Part shown: positions 9,649 to 23,731 of the stretch, one piece after another | Layout: every line of letters starts with the position of its first letter | How positions within the stretch are numbered: position 1 is the stretch's first letter | Assembly: GCF_006345805.1 (NCBI RefSeq) | Contig: NC_042997.1 | Location: 126,170,001 to 126,234,000, forward strand | Reading direction: 5' to 3' | DNA from: Octopus sinensis | Lineage: Eukaryota | DNA: 64,000 bases | Notes under the pieces: generated by a model | The model's input: the letters and a program-made list of their open reading frames with translations, nothing else | What the model was told of the DNA's origin: nothing | Databases searched by the model: none | Program-made: the position numbers and the translations under genes

Positions 9649-12600
9649 TTTTAAAAAAACCTTTATTGATGCAGTGTTTACAGTAAGATCAAAAAAGTAA
9701 AATGTGTCACTCTTCAGAGATTTCTAAAGTGGGACAAATATCAAAGTCAACGCTATCCTCGTCATCAACATTATTTTCATTAGCAGCAGCAACACCACCA
9801 CTGCCACATCACTATCGTCGTCGTCATGTAAATGTTGGCTGTTTAGCCACTGGTTAAGATTTAAATAAACAAAACTATAACCAAAGACATCTTAGCCATC
9901 ATCATCGTTTTCGTGCATTGTGTATCTAGGACTGTATTACCCAATTTGTTCTTCCTTTATGTAGGGTGTGACTAGGAGATTTAGCTACTATTTTTAATAG
10001 GTTTTAGGGCATAGTCGAAACTTCGCCGGTTTTAGTCATACCGATAGGTTTTAGATAATTATTCTTATCAATAAAAGAATAATTTTAATTAATAAAAGTT
10101 TCTTGAATTACTGCATTCATCGATGGATGGAATAAACAACATCTCACTTGTATGTTCTGTTTTTGGCCCGATTTCTATGGATGAATACCTTTCCTATTAT
10201 CAATCGCTTTACAGAATATATTGGGCACAATTTAGTGTGACACCAACACTAGTAAGGTTGACATGTTATTGACAGGACAAGACTAAAGGATCCTCTTAAC
10301 CGTATGAAGATAAATTAAGGTGAGAGTGAAAAAGAAGTAAGAGTATAGTGGAGGAAACAGTGATTCGGGTGACAGTGTGGAAGGGTCAGTGCCAGAATGG
10401 AGTAATAACAGACAGTAATGACAGAAGTATTTCTTTATTGCCTATACGGGCGTACATAGAGGGGACAACACAATGATTTGGGGGTCTTGTACAGCGAATG
10501 ATATAAAAATTTATAACGACACAATGAGAAGAAAACGAATGGGACACAAAATACAATAACATCCAATTAAAGACAATATGGGGTTAAAAAAACAGGTATG
10601 CTTCGATCCCACGAGCCCTGTCTTCTCAACCGACACTTTGGTAGTCTTTACGACGTGCTCAAGCAGGGCTTTTCACTCCCAGCATCCGTGCAACACGCGT
10701 CATTTTTTTTTTGAACATCTGTGCTGATGGCATGTAAAAACAACGCCATCCGAACGTGGCCGATGCCAGTGCCGCCTTGACTGGCGCCCGCGCCGGTGGC
10801 ACGTAAAAAGCACCCACTACACTCATGGAGTGGTTGGCGTTAGGAAGGGCATCCAGCTGCAGAAGCACTGCCAGATCAGACTGGAGCCTGGTACAGCCTC
10901 CTGACTTCCCAGACCCCGGTCGAACTGTCCGACCCATGCTAGCATGGAAAACGGACGTTAAACGATGATGATGACACTCTGACAGACACCTCCTTTTCAG
11001 TCTTACCTTTCTTTTCAGGTGAGACGTGAAAACATTCATCAAGGCAAGGCCGGAGACGAAGGTGATTAGAGAGTAATAACTGCTATATGTTTGCTGGTAT
11101 GAGTGATGGTCAATGGCAAAAGAGTGTGACTAGTGTGAATAGGAGGGAGAGGGAAGAGTAGTGGCTACAATCTCTCATCACTTAAGCATTGTGATGAGAG
11201 TGAAAGGGGAATGGAGAGAGGGAGAGAGAGAGGTGGGAGTAGAGACATACAAATGGTTGAGATGGAATTTGTGAAGTTAAAGAATGACGAGAGGGAGAAA
11301 AACATGTGACTCGCTGTAGAAGAAATACATGTCTACCCTAGCTGGAAAGGGAGACAGGATGGTGGAAATGTGGTCATGGCATATCTTCAAGATACAAGAA
11401 CATGAAATATAAGGGTGAACTGAGAGAGAAGATAGGGAAGAATGGGTAGGTAAGTTAGTGAGAGTGAAAGGAGGATGACAGATGGTTAGAGATGGACACA
11501 GAGGTTAGGGAATACAGTGAGGACGTGGTTAATGATGAATATCAGTTTGGAGAGAAGATGAAGGAAATAGGAACGGGTCAGGAAGGAGGAGGTGATATGT
11601 GACAGTAGAAAAGGAGGAGGTGAAGAGTAACAGTATAATAAAGCCATAAATAGATGAGAAAAGGGAGCTGATGTGAAGTGTGTTTGTGAAAGAGAGGATT
11701 GCACAGTGACAGAGATTAAAGTCAAAGATATGTAGGGGTGGATATAGTGAAGACAAACAAAGGTAGAAGATATGTTGATGGCCTATATAAGAGGACGCTC
11801 AGAGGAAAGGGGCTAAATGTGGTAAAGTATGATATTGAAAGTTCGGGACAGGTGACAAAGGAAGTGGAAAAGGATAGCTGTTAGCACAAAATGGGGTTGA
11901 AATATGTGTAGTTCTGCTCTCATATGAGCAGATGAGTAAATAGTGCCATAGTTAGAATAGTGATGGAGGAATGAGTTTTAGAAAGATGAGTTGTGGGGAA
12001 GACTCAATAACAACTTGAGTGCTGAGGTATAAACATAATTAATATGATTTGGGCCCTTATTTTTTAACTGAGTTAGACTAGTCTTCTTGAGCACAGCGAA
12101 TCGCCAGTTTGGTCCTTTCTCATCTTCTTCACTATTTCTTCCTATGTTTTCCTAGGTCTCCCTCTTCTACAAGTTTCATCCACATTTAAGGATTGGTACT
12201 TCTAATGTCCCCCCATTTCATATGCATCACATGACCATGCCAGCAGGCTTCTCTTTTGTTCATTACAGCTGATTTCTCTTACACCTACTCTCTCTATTGT
12301 CTTACTTATTTTTGTATAGCTATAGATTCTGGTTGTGGAAGTAAGGAAGGTGCACTCAGCCAGAACATGCCAGTCATTGTTCCTCTACAATTATTGTTGG
12401 TGGTGTGCATCCCAGAACAGGTTGAAGAAAAGTAATGTTATTGAAGTTGCAACATTTTCTGCATGTTTGTGTTAGTCTGGGCTAAGTGGGAAAGATAACT
12501 TTCTTAGGATGGTGTTGTAGAAATATTTTGGGCTATTGTATATGCATCTGGATACTTTGTGGTTTTTCATATAAATGGCAGGCACTTTAGGGATTAAGAA

Positions 12601-13092
12601 TGTGCTTCTTGCATATCCAAGTGGTCTTTTATTTTTAGTATCTTTGTTTCGTTGTTCAGGTCTGTGGATGCAGTTTGTATACAACTTATGATGTTGCACA
12701 TGCTGTTCTGCATACTTTGTAGTTTATTAGGGTTTGTTGTGGAGAGACTGGAGTCCAGATAGAATCAGATATCTATATAACATGCGAAAAATTGCAGCCA
12801 AATTTTCCTCAAATATTACACTACTATCTTAAAAGTATAGTGCTCTATGGTGATGTAGATGTCTGGATTAAGACGATGTTGTAATTGTACTCTAGGGTAT
12901 TGGTGATGTCTTTGGGTGATTGGGAATGATTGAACATGTAATGACAAGAACCATTTGGATTGGAGCCTGCTAGAAACAGCAGTCAAAGCTCTTACATATC
13001 ATATTCTATCATCTTACAAATAGAAAGACACATTACATAATGCAATCCTGGATACACTATACTGGCACAAAAGACAGACAGTCATGTCTGGA

Positions 13093-13870
13093 TCGTCGTC
13101 GTCGTTTAACGTCTGCTTTCCATGCTGGCATGGGTTGGATGGTTTGGCTGAGTACTGGTGAGCCAGAGGCTGCACCAGACTCAATCTGGTTCGGCAAAGT
13201 TTCTACAGCTGGATGCCCTTCCTAACGCCAACCAATCCGAGAGTGTAGTGGGTGCTTTTTACGTGCCACCGGCATGTGGGCCAGTCAGGTGGTTCTGGCA
13301 ACGACCACGCTCACGCTCAAAAGGTGTTTTTACGTGCTACCTGCATGGGAGCTACTCTGGCGGCATTGGCAACGACTACGCTCGAACGTTATTTTTCACG
13401 TGTCACCGGCACGGGAGCCAATCCGTGGCCCTTGGCAACGGTCACGCTCGGATGTGCTTTTAACGTCCCATTGGCACGAGTGCCAATCAGGCGGTACTGT
13501 CATCGGACAGGTCAGCGATTTTGGTTTTACACTTGCCTCAATAGGTCTTCGCAAGCAGGCCCGGTTACACCTCTCGTTCGGCTGTGCTTTTAACGTTCCA
13601 CTGGCACAAGTGCCAATCAGGCGGTACTGTTGTTGGCCACATCAGAAATTTTGCTTTTGATTTCACTTGCTTCAACAGGTCTTCACAAGCAAGGTTTATT
13701 GTCCAGTGAATGAGGGGTATTCATAAACAGTCTGGTTACACCCACTGGCATGGGCCATGAGCTATGGTCTCACTTGGCTTGTCGGGTCTTCTCAAGCACA
13801 GCATATCTCCAAAGGTCCCGGTCATTAGTCATTGCCTCGGTAAGGCCCAATGTTCGAAAGGTCGTGCTTG
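13093..13870 (-). mobile_element. 5'-truncated RTE-X-like LINE 3' end with tandem-unit 3' UTR
   Basis: Minus strand carries an ORF2 C-terminal remnant (RTLGLTEAMTNDRDLWRYAVLEKTRQAK), then repeated GGCACGTAAAAGCAC-type units and a GAC/GAT tail. Confidence 0.7.
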
Positions 13871-14668
13871 ATGAGGGTCCTCATACGTTCAGGTGGTATT
13901 TTTGTGAATATTTTTGTTGTATTGTGTAAGATATCTGTATAGTGGAGTTCACAGCTTTGAGTTCTTTATAATTTGTTGTGATTTATTGTAGAAAGATCCT
14001 GTGTGTGTGTGTGTGTGTGGCTAGAATGAAGAGCTAGCTGTCGTCCACCAACGAGTATGATAACATGGCTTGATAACACATATACTTTTGCCTATTGTTT
14101 CAAGTGTCTATCTAGTCGTGAGCTGACATAGACATCTTGCCGCTCCTGTCCTTTGACTAGACGGCACATCCAGGATGTGACAGTTGGAGGAAGAGAACAC
14201 CATTACTCGGCTGGTATTCATCAGCAGCAACAAGGAATGAAATACTCTGCTTAAAGACACAACATAACGCTTGGTCCAGTATAACAATACGATCGCGAGC
14301 TGAGCAATCCCAAACACTAAGGCCCGCAGCTGTACCTACGATTAGGACAGTAATTGGCCAGATGCATCGGATAGGAAAAAAAGGGAGATCATTCTATAGC
14401 ATAGTAGAGTTATGGTTCTTGAAATAAGTGGTGTACCGAAACGAAATATCTGCAAGATTATCGGGTTTATATAAGATTTGTACTTTTAGACTTCTAGAAA
14501 GCTTTGGTTCCGTTAGACTCTGCTGTTACGTATTATACTTATTATCTCTGTCTGTATACTATACTATATTGTTAATTTTTTTTACCGAGACCAGTTCTCA
14601 TTTATTTTGAAACGAAGAACATTCTAGACTTTCAAAGCATGACGTAATACTACATTTACCAACCCGTG

Positions 14669-14725
<57 letters not shown>

Positions 14726-15120
14726 TCATACATATTATAACTTACTGTTATTACCTTGTCTATCTGGTTTGGTAATGTTCTTTCATTGATACGTATACAT
14801 AACTTTTTTACACATACATAAATAACAGCATCCACACCTACGTCACCGGTTCATTGCACATGGTGATATCCATGTTATATCCGGAAAGGGCTTTTATTCT
14901 TAAGAAATATTTAGTATCGTTAATAATGTTCTATTTAATCCGTAACATACCCTAGGGCTGTTGATCTATTCTCAAAGAAACGTATACGGTATGTTTGTAC
15001 ATGTAAACACATTGTTATACACACGCATACACATACATGTTTATGCATTACTATGTATGTAGCCTTAGGAAGCTGAGCCTATGTATGTAAACCTATAAAC
15101 CTGATCCTTCTCCAGTTAGC

Positions 15121-15722
15121 ATGGCGCGAATTTTGATAAGTGTTCGGTCTGAAGACTTCCTAGTTGACTGTTATTTATTCCGCCGTGGTCACAACCCAAC
15201 ACAACTCGATGTGTCCCAGTTGGAATACAACAAACAGACAAACAGTCTACATTTAGTTCCTAACCAAACATATCCCCTTGCTCTATCTGCAGCTAATTCC
15301 TCCGAGTCTCCAATATCAGACAGTACAGAAAAGTGTGTTTTTAACAGGTCCCCACATTTATACTCGACAGCACCAACATGTTCAGCCTTCACCCTTGACA
15401 ATGATGATCGTATTGATGATGCCAGTGATTGTTGTAGGGGAGGAGTTGATCATATCTCCAAGACTCCAGCTGTCATGGTCCCCACCGTGATGTATCCCAT
15501 TCGTCAGACATGCCTCTTACTTGATAGTCATCTCGTCTCTCTTCTTATGGATCGAGTTCGTTTTTCCCCCAAATTCAAGAAGCGGTTCATCAAATTCGTC
15601 CAGTCCAATATTGGTTTCAGCCACCGTCCTGCAAATATTATCCTTGACCAATCACACACCACAGTGCCCTATTTTATCGATATTGTTCTCCAGTATCCTA
15701 AACAATACATTGATTATAGTTG
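15121..15722 (+). CDS. DUF4807 / F58A4.6-like uncharacterised protein, coding exon 1
   Basis: 200-codon ORF from ATG 15121 just after acceptor TCCTTCTCCAG; ends PKQYIDYS-TG|GTAAGT (phase 2), in frame with the next exon. Confidence 0.8.
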
Positions 15723-18700
15723 GTAAGTATTTGTGAATGCGAACAGCATTTGTTTCTACTCCTCGGATATGCCCGTAACAAACCCCAGCCTACTTTAGGC
15801 TCGAATTATTAAACTAATTTCAACTATAAACATACTTTTTAAGGTTCGCTACTGTTTCACCTCTATTACCCTTGTTGTTTTCCTTAACGTTTATCTACTC
15901 CCCCTCTCTCTTTTCCTATTTATTTATTGTGTCAATTGTCTTTCTCTTTTTACATATCTGTCTGGCAACTCTCTCTCTCTCTCTACTTACCTGTCAGTTC
16001 TCTCTTTCTTGTCTGTCTCCTTTATCTGTCTTTCTATCTATTTTTTCTTTGCTATATTATTGAACTTTCATTTCTACAGTCCATTTTAATCTCTCTCTTT
16101 CTGTCCTAATGTACTTTATTAGTGATTTGTAACTGTTAACCTAACTTGGTATCACTACTATCTGTGCTTGTGCACGTCTGTGTGCTGTGTATGTGCCTTC
16201 AAAAGGTTAGTGTGATGCCAAGACAATGCAAGAACCCTTCATCTACTCACAACACCTACATCTATATCTGACCACCACACAGTCACCAAACACCTTTTAT
16301 TTTTTTGCCCCTCTTAAACCCAGCCTCTGCAAAAACTATCAACAACTCCGCACCTATCGGATCATCAGACAGACAGTGGTATAATCATCACTGCTTACGA
16401 CATGTCTATCAATCACATAACAGCTATCGGATTGTAAAGCATTTCACATTAACTTAATGGTCGGGAGCACCACTAGTTTTCCATTAACTATCCCAAATGT
16501 ACTCCAGATTAATTTGAGACAGTTAATCAGTTAAGCATTGAAATTTCCCTTTGCTTCACATTTCTCGAACAATCAAAGCCTAATCCTAATTCACAAGTGG
16601 TCCACATACATTGGCATAAAGCATTGTTGGAGAAGAACATGGTTTATAACACCTGGCAAAATTCATTCATTTCCAGCAACTGGATGGCTTTCATCCACTA
16701 CCACAACTTCCGTGAGATGACTATCCATTAGTAAAAAATACCTTCATGCAAGCTTCAGACAGTAAGCTCCCCAGCGTCCCCAATTGCAGTCAGGCCTCTT
16801 GGTCTTTTACCAAAAGAATCTCTACAACTTTGTAAGAATCCCTTTGCCTGTTGTTCCTGAACCATGATGGCCCTGTAAGTTGTACTCCTGTAAAGAAAGT
16901 TTCCTGTTAGACTACTTGATTTGAACTTAAACCCTGACACATATTCTGTTAATTCTGGTGGACCTTAAGGTTTAGCATGTTCCTCTCTAGACTCTTCTTG
17001 TACATTAATAATCTCTTAGTTGTCACTTCTAATTCTGTTCTTTCCTCTGCAGGTAATACTGTAATGGGAGTTGTCTTCCCTTATGTTTTATAACCCCAAA
17101 CACATATGCACAGAGTTGAATAAAACGTTTACTGTTTCCATCTTCAGAATTGTTATATGTTGCTAAGATACCGTTTGTGAACTGCAATACACAGCTGTAA
17201 CATGGTGTCAGAAATTTTAACCACATCAGAATACTAGCTTTATTAACTTGTATCACATGTGTTCATGGTTGATTAGTGCATAGCTAAGGGACTCTTCTTG
17301 AAATAATTGACTGTAGTCTAACAAATATTAATAAGTATCCGAATATCAGTTCCTATCTCATTTACTAGTGCTAACAAGTGGCATCTCTTGAGAAAGGATC
17401 TTACACAATTTTTGGTAACTGTTCAGAAGGATGAGCCAGCTGATATTGTGCTGCTGCTGCTACTACTACTACTACTACTACTGAAAGAAGTAAAGCTATT
17501 GTCTATTTCATATATAAGGAAGTCCTTAGGATAAATATGTAAATATAGATAGCAAAGAAAACTTGACACTTTCTATGCACCTAGAATTAATCACTTTAAT
17601 TCTAAAGACTGGTTCCTCACTACCAAACAAAATGGTACAAATATTGAATATTTGACAAAACGAAAAAAACAAAAAAAGCAAACACGTATGTAAGTTTAAT
17701 GATTTGAGTGATACATTCACCCTTGGTCTCTAGGATATTTCTTTAATATGCAAACTCATCTTTACCTGGTTAAAGCTGTAGCCATTGTATGAAGACCTGT
17801 GGAGATCAGAGCAGTGGTAATGCCACAGAAATCCATGTAGTGGTAACACTACACCTGTTAATAAGTGTGTCAGTAATCTCAAATGTTTTAAAAACAAAGG
17901 TAGCAGATATGCAAAAAGTGCAGTGGTGATCGCAAAGAAAGAACATTGCAAATGCCAACAAGCTGTTTTAAATGATGGAGTGACATCATTATATAATGTC
18001 CCTTTTCCCATGCTGGCATGGGTTAGATGGTTTGATATGAATTGATGGGTCAGAGGGCTGTCCTGTGCTCCAGTGCTTGCTTTGGCATAGCTTTCACAGC
18101 TGGATTCCTTTCCTAACACCAGCCATTTCACAGGTGCTGTTTTTGTGGTCCCAGTGTTGGTGAGTTTATCAAGTACCTGCAAAACAAGATCCCTCAACTG
18201 AGAGGGGGAAAGTAAGAAAACTCAGTTGTGTACTTCATCATCATCATCATCATCGTTTAACATCCGTTTTCCATGCTAGTATGGGTTGGACGGTTTGACC
18301 AGGGTCTGGGAAGCCAGGAGGCTGCAACAGGCTCCAGTCTGATCTGGCAGTGTTTCTACAGCTGGATTCCCTTCCTAACGCCAACCACTCCGTGAGTGTA
18401 GTGGGTGCTTTTTACATGCCATCAGCACAGGAGCCAAGGGAGGCTGGCAACGACCATGATCAGTTGGTGCTTTTTACGTGCCACCGGCACGGAAGCTAGT
18501 CAAGGCGGCGCTGGCATCGGCCACATTCGGATGGTGTTTTTACATGCCATGTAAAATATTTTGGACGTTTTATAAACAGAGAAGACCTATTAAACACTAT
18601 AATTTTGCTCATCCTGCTTTACAACTAGCCACTGATTGCAGGCACATTAACATAGTTGACTAAGTTTATTTTTCATCTGCCAGAGGTGAGTGAATGTCTG

Positions 18701-18729
18701 AGAAAGTTTACAGAACAATCATTCATCGT

Positions 18730-19530
18730 CATCATCATCATCATTTAACATCCATTTTCTATGTCGGCATGGTTGGATGGCTTGATAGGAACTGGTAAGG
18801 CTAGGGGTCACACCAGCCTCCATTGTCTGTTTTGGTATGGTTTCTATGGCTGGATGCCCTTCCTAACACTAACTGCTCCACAAAGTGTACTGGATACTTT
18901 TTAATGTGGCACCATCACCAGTACTTTTTGTGTAACACCTTGGTTTTAGGACCTCAGTTCTGTTGTGGTGCACTGGTCTTCTCCAGTACAGTAATGTGCT
19001 ACATATCTCAGTCCTCTGTCATCTCCTTTGTAAGATTCAATATTTTGAGATTGGCCTTCAATACTTCATCCCATGTCTTCCTGGGTCTCCCACTTCCATA
19101 ACTTCCTTCCACTTTAAATGATTGGCACGTCTTTATGCAACTGTCCTCATCCACCTGCATCACATGGCCAAACAAGTGCAGTCTTCTCTCTTGCATGCTG
19201 CATCTAATTCCCCTTATGCCCAACTTCTCTCTCAATGCATCAATGCTCTGTTGCTTATGCACACTGACATCGCACATCCAATGGAGCATACCAGCTTTGT
19301 TCCTCTCTAGCCTTTGCATGTCCTCTGCAATCAGAGCCCACATCTCATTACTCTGCAGCATTGCAGTTCATACACATGCATCATACAATCTTACCTTCAC
19401 TCGAAGAGAGAGAGAGAGAGTGCTTTGGTTGCCAACAGAGGTAAAAGCTTCTGGACTTTTTCTACCTTATTCTAATTCTAGCAATTACACTTTGTGTACA
19501 ATCTCCTCCACTGCTAAACAGGTCACCTAG
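18730..19530 (-). mobile_element. RTE-X-like LINE ORF2 C-terminal fragment and 3' end
   Basis: ORF 19008-19361 LREKLGIRGIRCSMQERRLHLFGHV...GRPRKTW, typical RTE-type C-terminus. Confidence 0.8.
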
Positions 19531-20301
19531 GTAGCAAAAATTATCTACAACTCCCACCAGAAGAGCCAGTAGGACCCAGAAAGCCGAGTGCATAGCAATG
19601 GACAGACATACAGCAGGAAAAAGTCTGGTGCAGGCTTCAGCCTGGCTGGCTTTTGTGGTACCATCCCACCCATGCTAGCATGGAACACGGATGTTAAATG
19701 ATGATGATGAGATACTAGGAATATCATGGTATTCTCAATCACTTAGAATATGATAAATTCCTACCACTAAGAGAAAGGTAGTTCCCAGTCTGTAGAACAA
19801 TGGTAGTTTCTAGCTACTATGAATATAGTAGTTAGTTTCCAGCCACTGATAATGTGACAGCTAATTTTTGGCAACTAGGAATATGGTCCTTAATTCCAAG
19901 CCAAGCAATTGTACTTTTAAGCTGAAGTACCTCTAAGAATGTTTTTAGTCACAACTGGAACATAAGTCACCAAGAATATTACTAGTATATTCTTTAGTTT
20001 TCTGATTTCAGTTAAAGGACTTCTGCTATATTGGAACACTATCTGCAAAAGTTTTAGTCAATAATATCAACCACTCCCCATTACTGGGTCTTGTACTATT
20101 TTATCAATGGCTCACCATATTGAGTTACGCCCCTTCATTGAATTAGGTTTCTTTAGAGACGTATGTCACACAATGTTCACAGACATGCAATGTATTGAAT
20201 TACCTTACATTGCTAATACTGTATTTCCATACATACATGCATATACACTTACATTCAGTTTTATTTCTACAGCACACATTGATAAACATTGCAGTGTGTG
20301 T

Positions 20302-21100
20302 ATCATCATCATCATCATCATTTAGCGTCCGTTTTCCATGCTAGCATGGGTTGGATGATTCAACTGGGGTCTGTGAAGCCAGAAGGCTGCATCAGGCCCA
20401 GTCTGATCTGGCAGTGTTTCTACGGCTGGATGCCCTTCCTAACGCCAACCACTCCGTGAGTGTAGTGGGTGCTTTTTACGTGCCACTCGCACAGGTGCCA
20501 GACGGAGCTGGCAAACAGCCACGAATGGATGGTGCTTTTATGTGCCACCGGCACGGGGGCCAGGCGAGGCTGGCAACGGCCACGAACGGATGGTGCTTTT
20601 ACGTGCCACCGGCACGGGGGCCAGGCGAGGCTGGCAACGGACACGAACGGATGGTGCTTTTACGTGCTACCGGCACGGAGGCCAGTCGGGGCGGCACTGG
20701 CAACGGCCACGAACGGATGGTGCTTTTTACGTGCCACCGGCATGGGCGCCAGGCGAGGCTGGCAACGGCCACGAACGGATGGTGCTTTTTACGTGTCATC
20801 AGCACAGAGGCTAGTCGGGGCAGCGCTGGTAACGGCCACAATCGGATGGTTCGCTTACTTGTCACCGGCACTGGTATCACAGCCGCAATTTCCATTGATG
20901 TTGATCGACTTCGATTTTGGTTCTGCTTTCTGATATCTGATTTGATTTTGATTTTCACTTGCCTCAACGGGTCTTCACAAGTGGAGTTTTGTGTCCCAAG
21001 AAGGAAAGGTATGTATAAGTCGACTGGCTACATACCAGGTAGAGGCCACGGGTTATGGTCTCACTAGTCTTGCTGGGTCTTCTCACGCACAGCATACTTC
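20302..21100 (-). mobile_element. RTE-X-like LINE 3' end with 6-7 tandem 61-66 bp units
   Basis: Units start at 20468, 20531, 20592, 20653, 20719 and 20781; (CAT)n tail at 20302-20321. Confidence 0.75.
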
Positions 21101-21499
21101 CATAGGTCGTGTATATATATATCATCATCATCGTTTAATGCCCATTTTCCATGCTAGCATGGGTTGGATGGTTCGACCGGGGTCTGGGAAGCCAGGAGGC
21201 TGCACCAGACTCCAATCTGATCTGGCAGTGTTTCTATAGCTGGATGCCCTTCCTAACACCAACCATTCTATGAGTGTAGTGGGTACTTTTTATGTGCCAC
21301 CGGCACAGGGGCCAGGGCAGGCTGGCAACAGCCATGATCGGTTGGTGCTTTTTACATGCCACTGGCACGGAAGCCAGTCAAGGCGGTGCTGGTATCAGCC
21401 ACATCCGGATGGTGCTTTTTACGTGCCACCGGCACAGGTATCACAACTACAAATTCCATTTGATTTTTATTTTGATGTTGATGTACTTGACTCAATAGG

Positions 21500-21534
<35 letters not shown>

Positions 21535-22015
21535 ATGTATGTATATAAATCTTTAGTTAAATATATTCAATGAGAATATTATATACCGAATTTATATTGA
21601 GTGCTCTATTGTATCAAAGTATTAATACTATTAAAGTATTTATATATTTAATACAAGCGATTATATATTTGGGCATCCAGCTGTAGAAACACTGCCAGAT
21701 AAGACTGGAGCCTGGTGCAGCCTTCTGGCTTCCCAGATCCCCGGTCGAACCGTCCAACCCATGCTAGCATGGAGAACGGACGTTAAACGATGATGATGAT
21801 GATGATGATGATATATATATATATATATATGTATATGTATATAAAGTCATCTGTATGTGTATGACAACTAATTTTTGGCAACTACAAATTTGGTCCCTAA
21901 CTCCATGCCAAACAATTGTACATTTAAGCTGAAGTGCCTCTAAGAATATGGTTAGTTACAAGAGAAACATAAGTAACCTAAAATATTACTAGTATATTCT
22001 TTATATTCTTTAGTA

Positions 22016-22228
22016 TGAAGGGTACTGAAAAGTGCCTGGCTTTGGGTAAAAGAAAACACTGGAGGATCAGTTAATTATGATTTTATTCAACATATCCCCT
22101 CAGATTCACATACTTATTGCAGTGGTCCTTCAGTTTTTCTCACTCCTTCAAAAGAACTTGGAACATTAGGCCCCCAACCAAACCTTTCACGATACCCTTA
22201 AAGTCAGGAACTTCTCAGCATCCCCTTG
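22016..22228. mobile_element. mariner-type MITE
   Basis: ~28-bp degenerate TIRs and TA TSD; inverted sibling copy at 32133-32350. Confidence 0.7.
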
Positions 22229-22543
22229 TATATATGCATGAGTAGAGAGATAGAACAATCTTGTATACTGTTTCTCATTTACCAGACTTCACTTCCGAGC
22301 TTTTGGTCAACCTAAGGCTATAGTAGAAGACATTCAAAGCACTGCATTGTGAGATTGGATCTGGATCCATGTAGTTGTGGATCTAAATGATAAATGCCAA
22401 GTTGAAAAGTGCAATGTTCATGGTGGAAGAAAAATCAAGGAAGATGTGGGAAGAAATGGTGTGATTTGAAAAAGTGGATGTTAAAATGATGATAATGATG
22501 TGTACCATGATTATTTGTAATTTTTTACTTCTTACTCCTTTAG

Positions 22544-22658
22544 GTATTGTAAGATGCAGCATTTGGTTGAGATGAAGCTGAGAATGGATGAAGCAATGGC
22601 CATATTATCTACTCTTGGGGGTGGATATTCTGCCTTAGGAGAGTATTATGAAAATCAT
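22544..22658 (+). CDS. DUF4807 / F58A4.6-like protein, coding exon 2
   Basis: 115 nt, AG/GT; WYCKMQHLVEMKLRMDEAMAILSTLGGGYSALGEYYENH contains the recalled family motif LSTLGG.YSALG. Confidence 0.88.
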
Positions 22659-22864
22659 GTATGCATTTGATTTTAACTTAGATTTCAAATATGTTAATGA
22701 TATTTAAATTTATAATGTGAATTAATTAATCTGATATACATCTTCATATACAAAAGTGACATGTACTTTGGCACAAGACCTATTTTAAATAACAATTTTA
22801 TTTTATTTCGTCTTTGGATTTGGTTTGCAAGATTCTTTATATGAGTTTGTGTTTTGAAGCATAA

Positions 22865-23036
22865 TCTGTTGTGTCTGGGGAGAGTCATTTTCTTTTTGTG
22901 TCTTATAATGTAACACACTGCAAGACGCAACGAACATTTTAGGAAAATAAAAATTAAAAATAAGTGGAAATTTTACCTGTGAGTGTGTTACATTATAAGG
23001 CACAAAAAGAAAATGACTCTCCCCAGACACAACAGA
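22865..23036. mobile_element. Fold-back MITE with ~55-bp TIRs
   Basis: TCTGTTGTGTCTGGGGAGAGTCATTTTCTTTTTGTG... pairs almost perfectly with ...CACAAAAAGAAAATGACTCTCCCCAGACACAACAGA. Confidence 0.8.
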
Positions 23037-23139
23037 ATTTTATTTTAGAGAATATTTAAAATACAGATATTTTAAAGAATGCAGTAATGTAGTTTTAGAC
23101 ATGTTATTATTTTGTAGACTGGCTCATGGCATCATTTAA

Positions 23140-23538
23140 CTCTTTAGCATTCAAATTATTCTGTTAAATGTAATGTTTATCTATTCTGCAATTGGAACCC
23201 ATGCTGGTGGTACATAAAAAGCACCCATTACACTCATGGCGTAGTTGGTGTTAAGAAAGAAACCATGCTAAATCAAATTGGAACCTGGTCTAGCCCTCTA
23301 GCTTACCAGTTTCAGTCAAACCGTCTAACCCATGCCAGCATAGAAAGCAGATGGTAAATGATGATGAATTTGTTTTGATCTAATCATGCGTTATCTTGTA
23401 GCTTCAAGATTTCAATGATGTGATTGTATATTTTTGAATGACATTGTAGGATAGGTGCAAAAGGCTAGATGTAGCTGATTTGAACACAAAACAGGTTGAA
23501 TATTTAGGCTTGATGTGGCCAGTTTAAATGCTAAAAGG
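23140..23538. mobile_element. TTAA-flanked piggyBac-like MITE with nested LINE tail
   Basis: TTAA-CTCTTTAGCATT...AATGCTAAAAGG-TTAA; inverted sibling at 29867-30360. Confidence 0.65.
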
Positions 23539-23731
23539 TTAAATTTCTTTAATTCTAATGTTTCAAAATCAAATTATATTTTCTACTTTTCAAAAACTTA
23601 TTAGTATTATTATATTATTGTTTAGAGTCTTATTCTTGTAATTTCACTTCATTGTTATTTCTTCTTTGGAAATAATTATTTAATAATCTTATTTCTAATT
23701 AAGTGTAACTCTGATTTTGTCTTCTCAACAG

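Noticed and set aside
12300-12900. Possible Penelope ORF remnant
   Set aside because: Too decayed; no RT or GIY-YIG motif could be read with confidence.
14071-14654. CpG-rich LTR-like segment (TG...CA, TATA on minus)
   Set aside because: No TSD or partner; cannot be classified from sequence alone.
20468-20880. CRISPR-like array of constant cores with variable linkers
   Set aside because: Linkers are homologous to each other, there are no cas genes, the context is eukaryotic, and the array lies in a LINE 3' UTR.
20351-21067. 238-aa ORF
   Set aside because: Antisense read-through of the GC-rich tandem units of a LINE tail.
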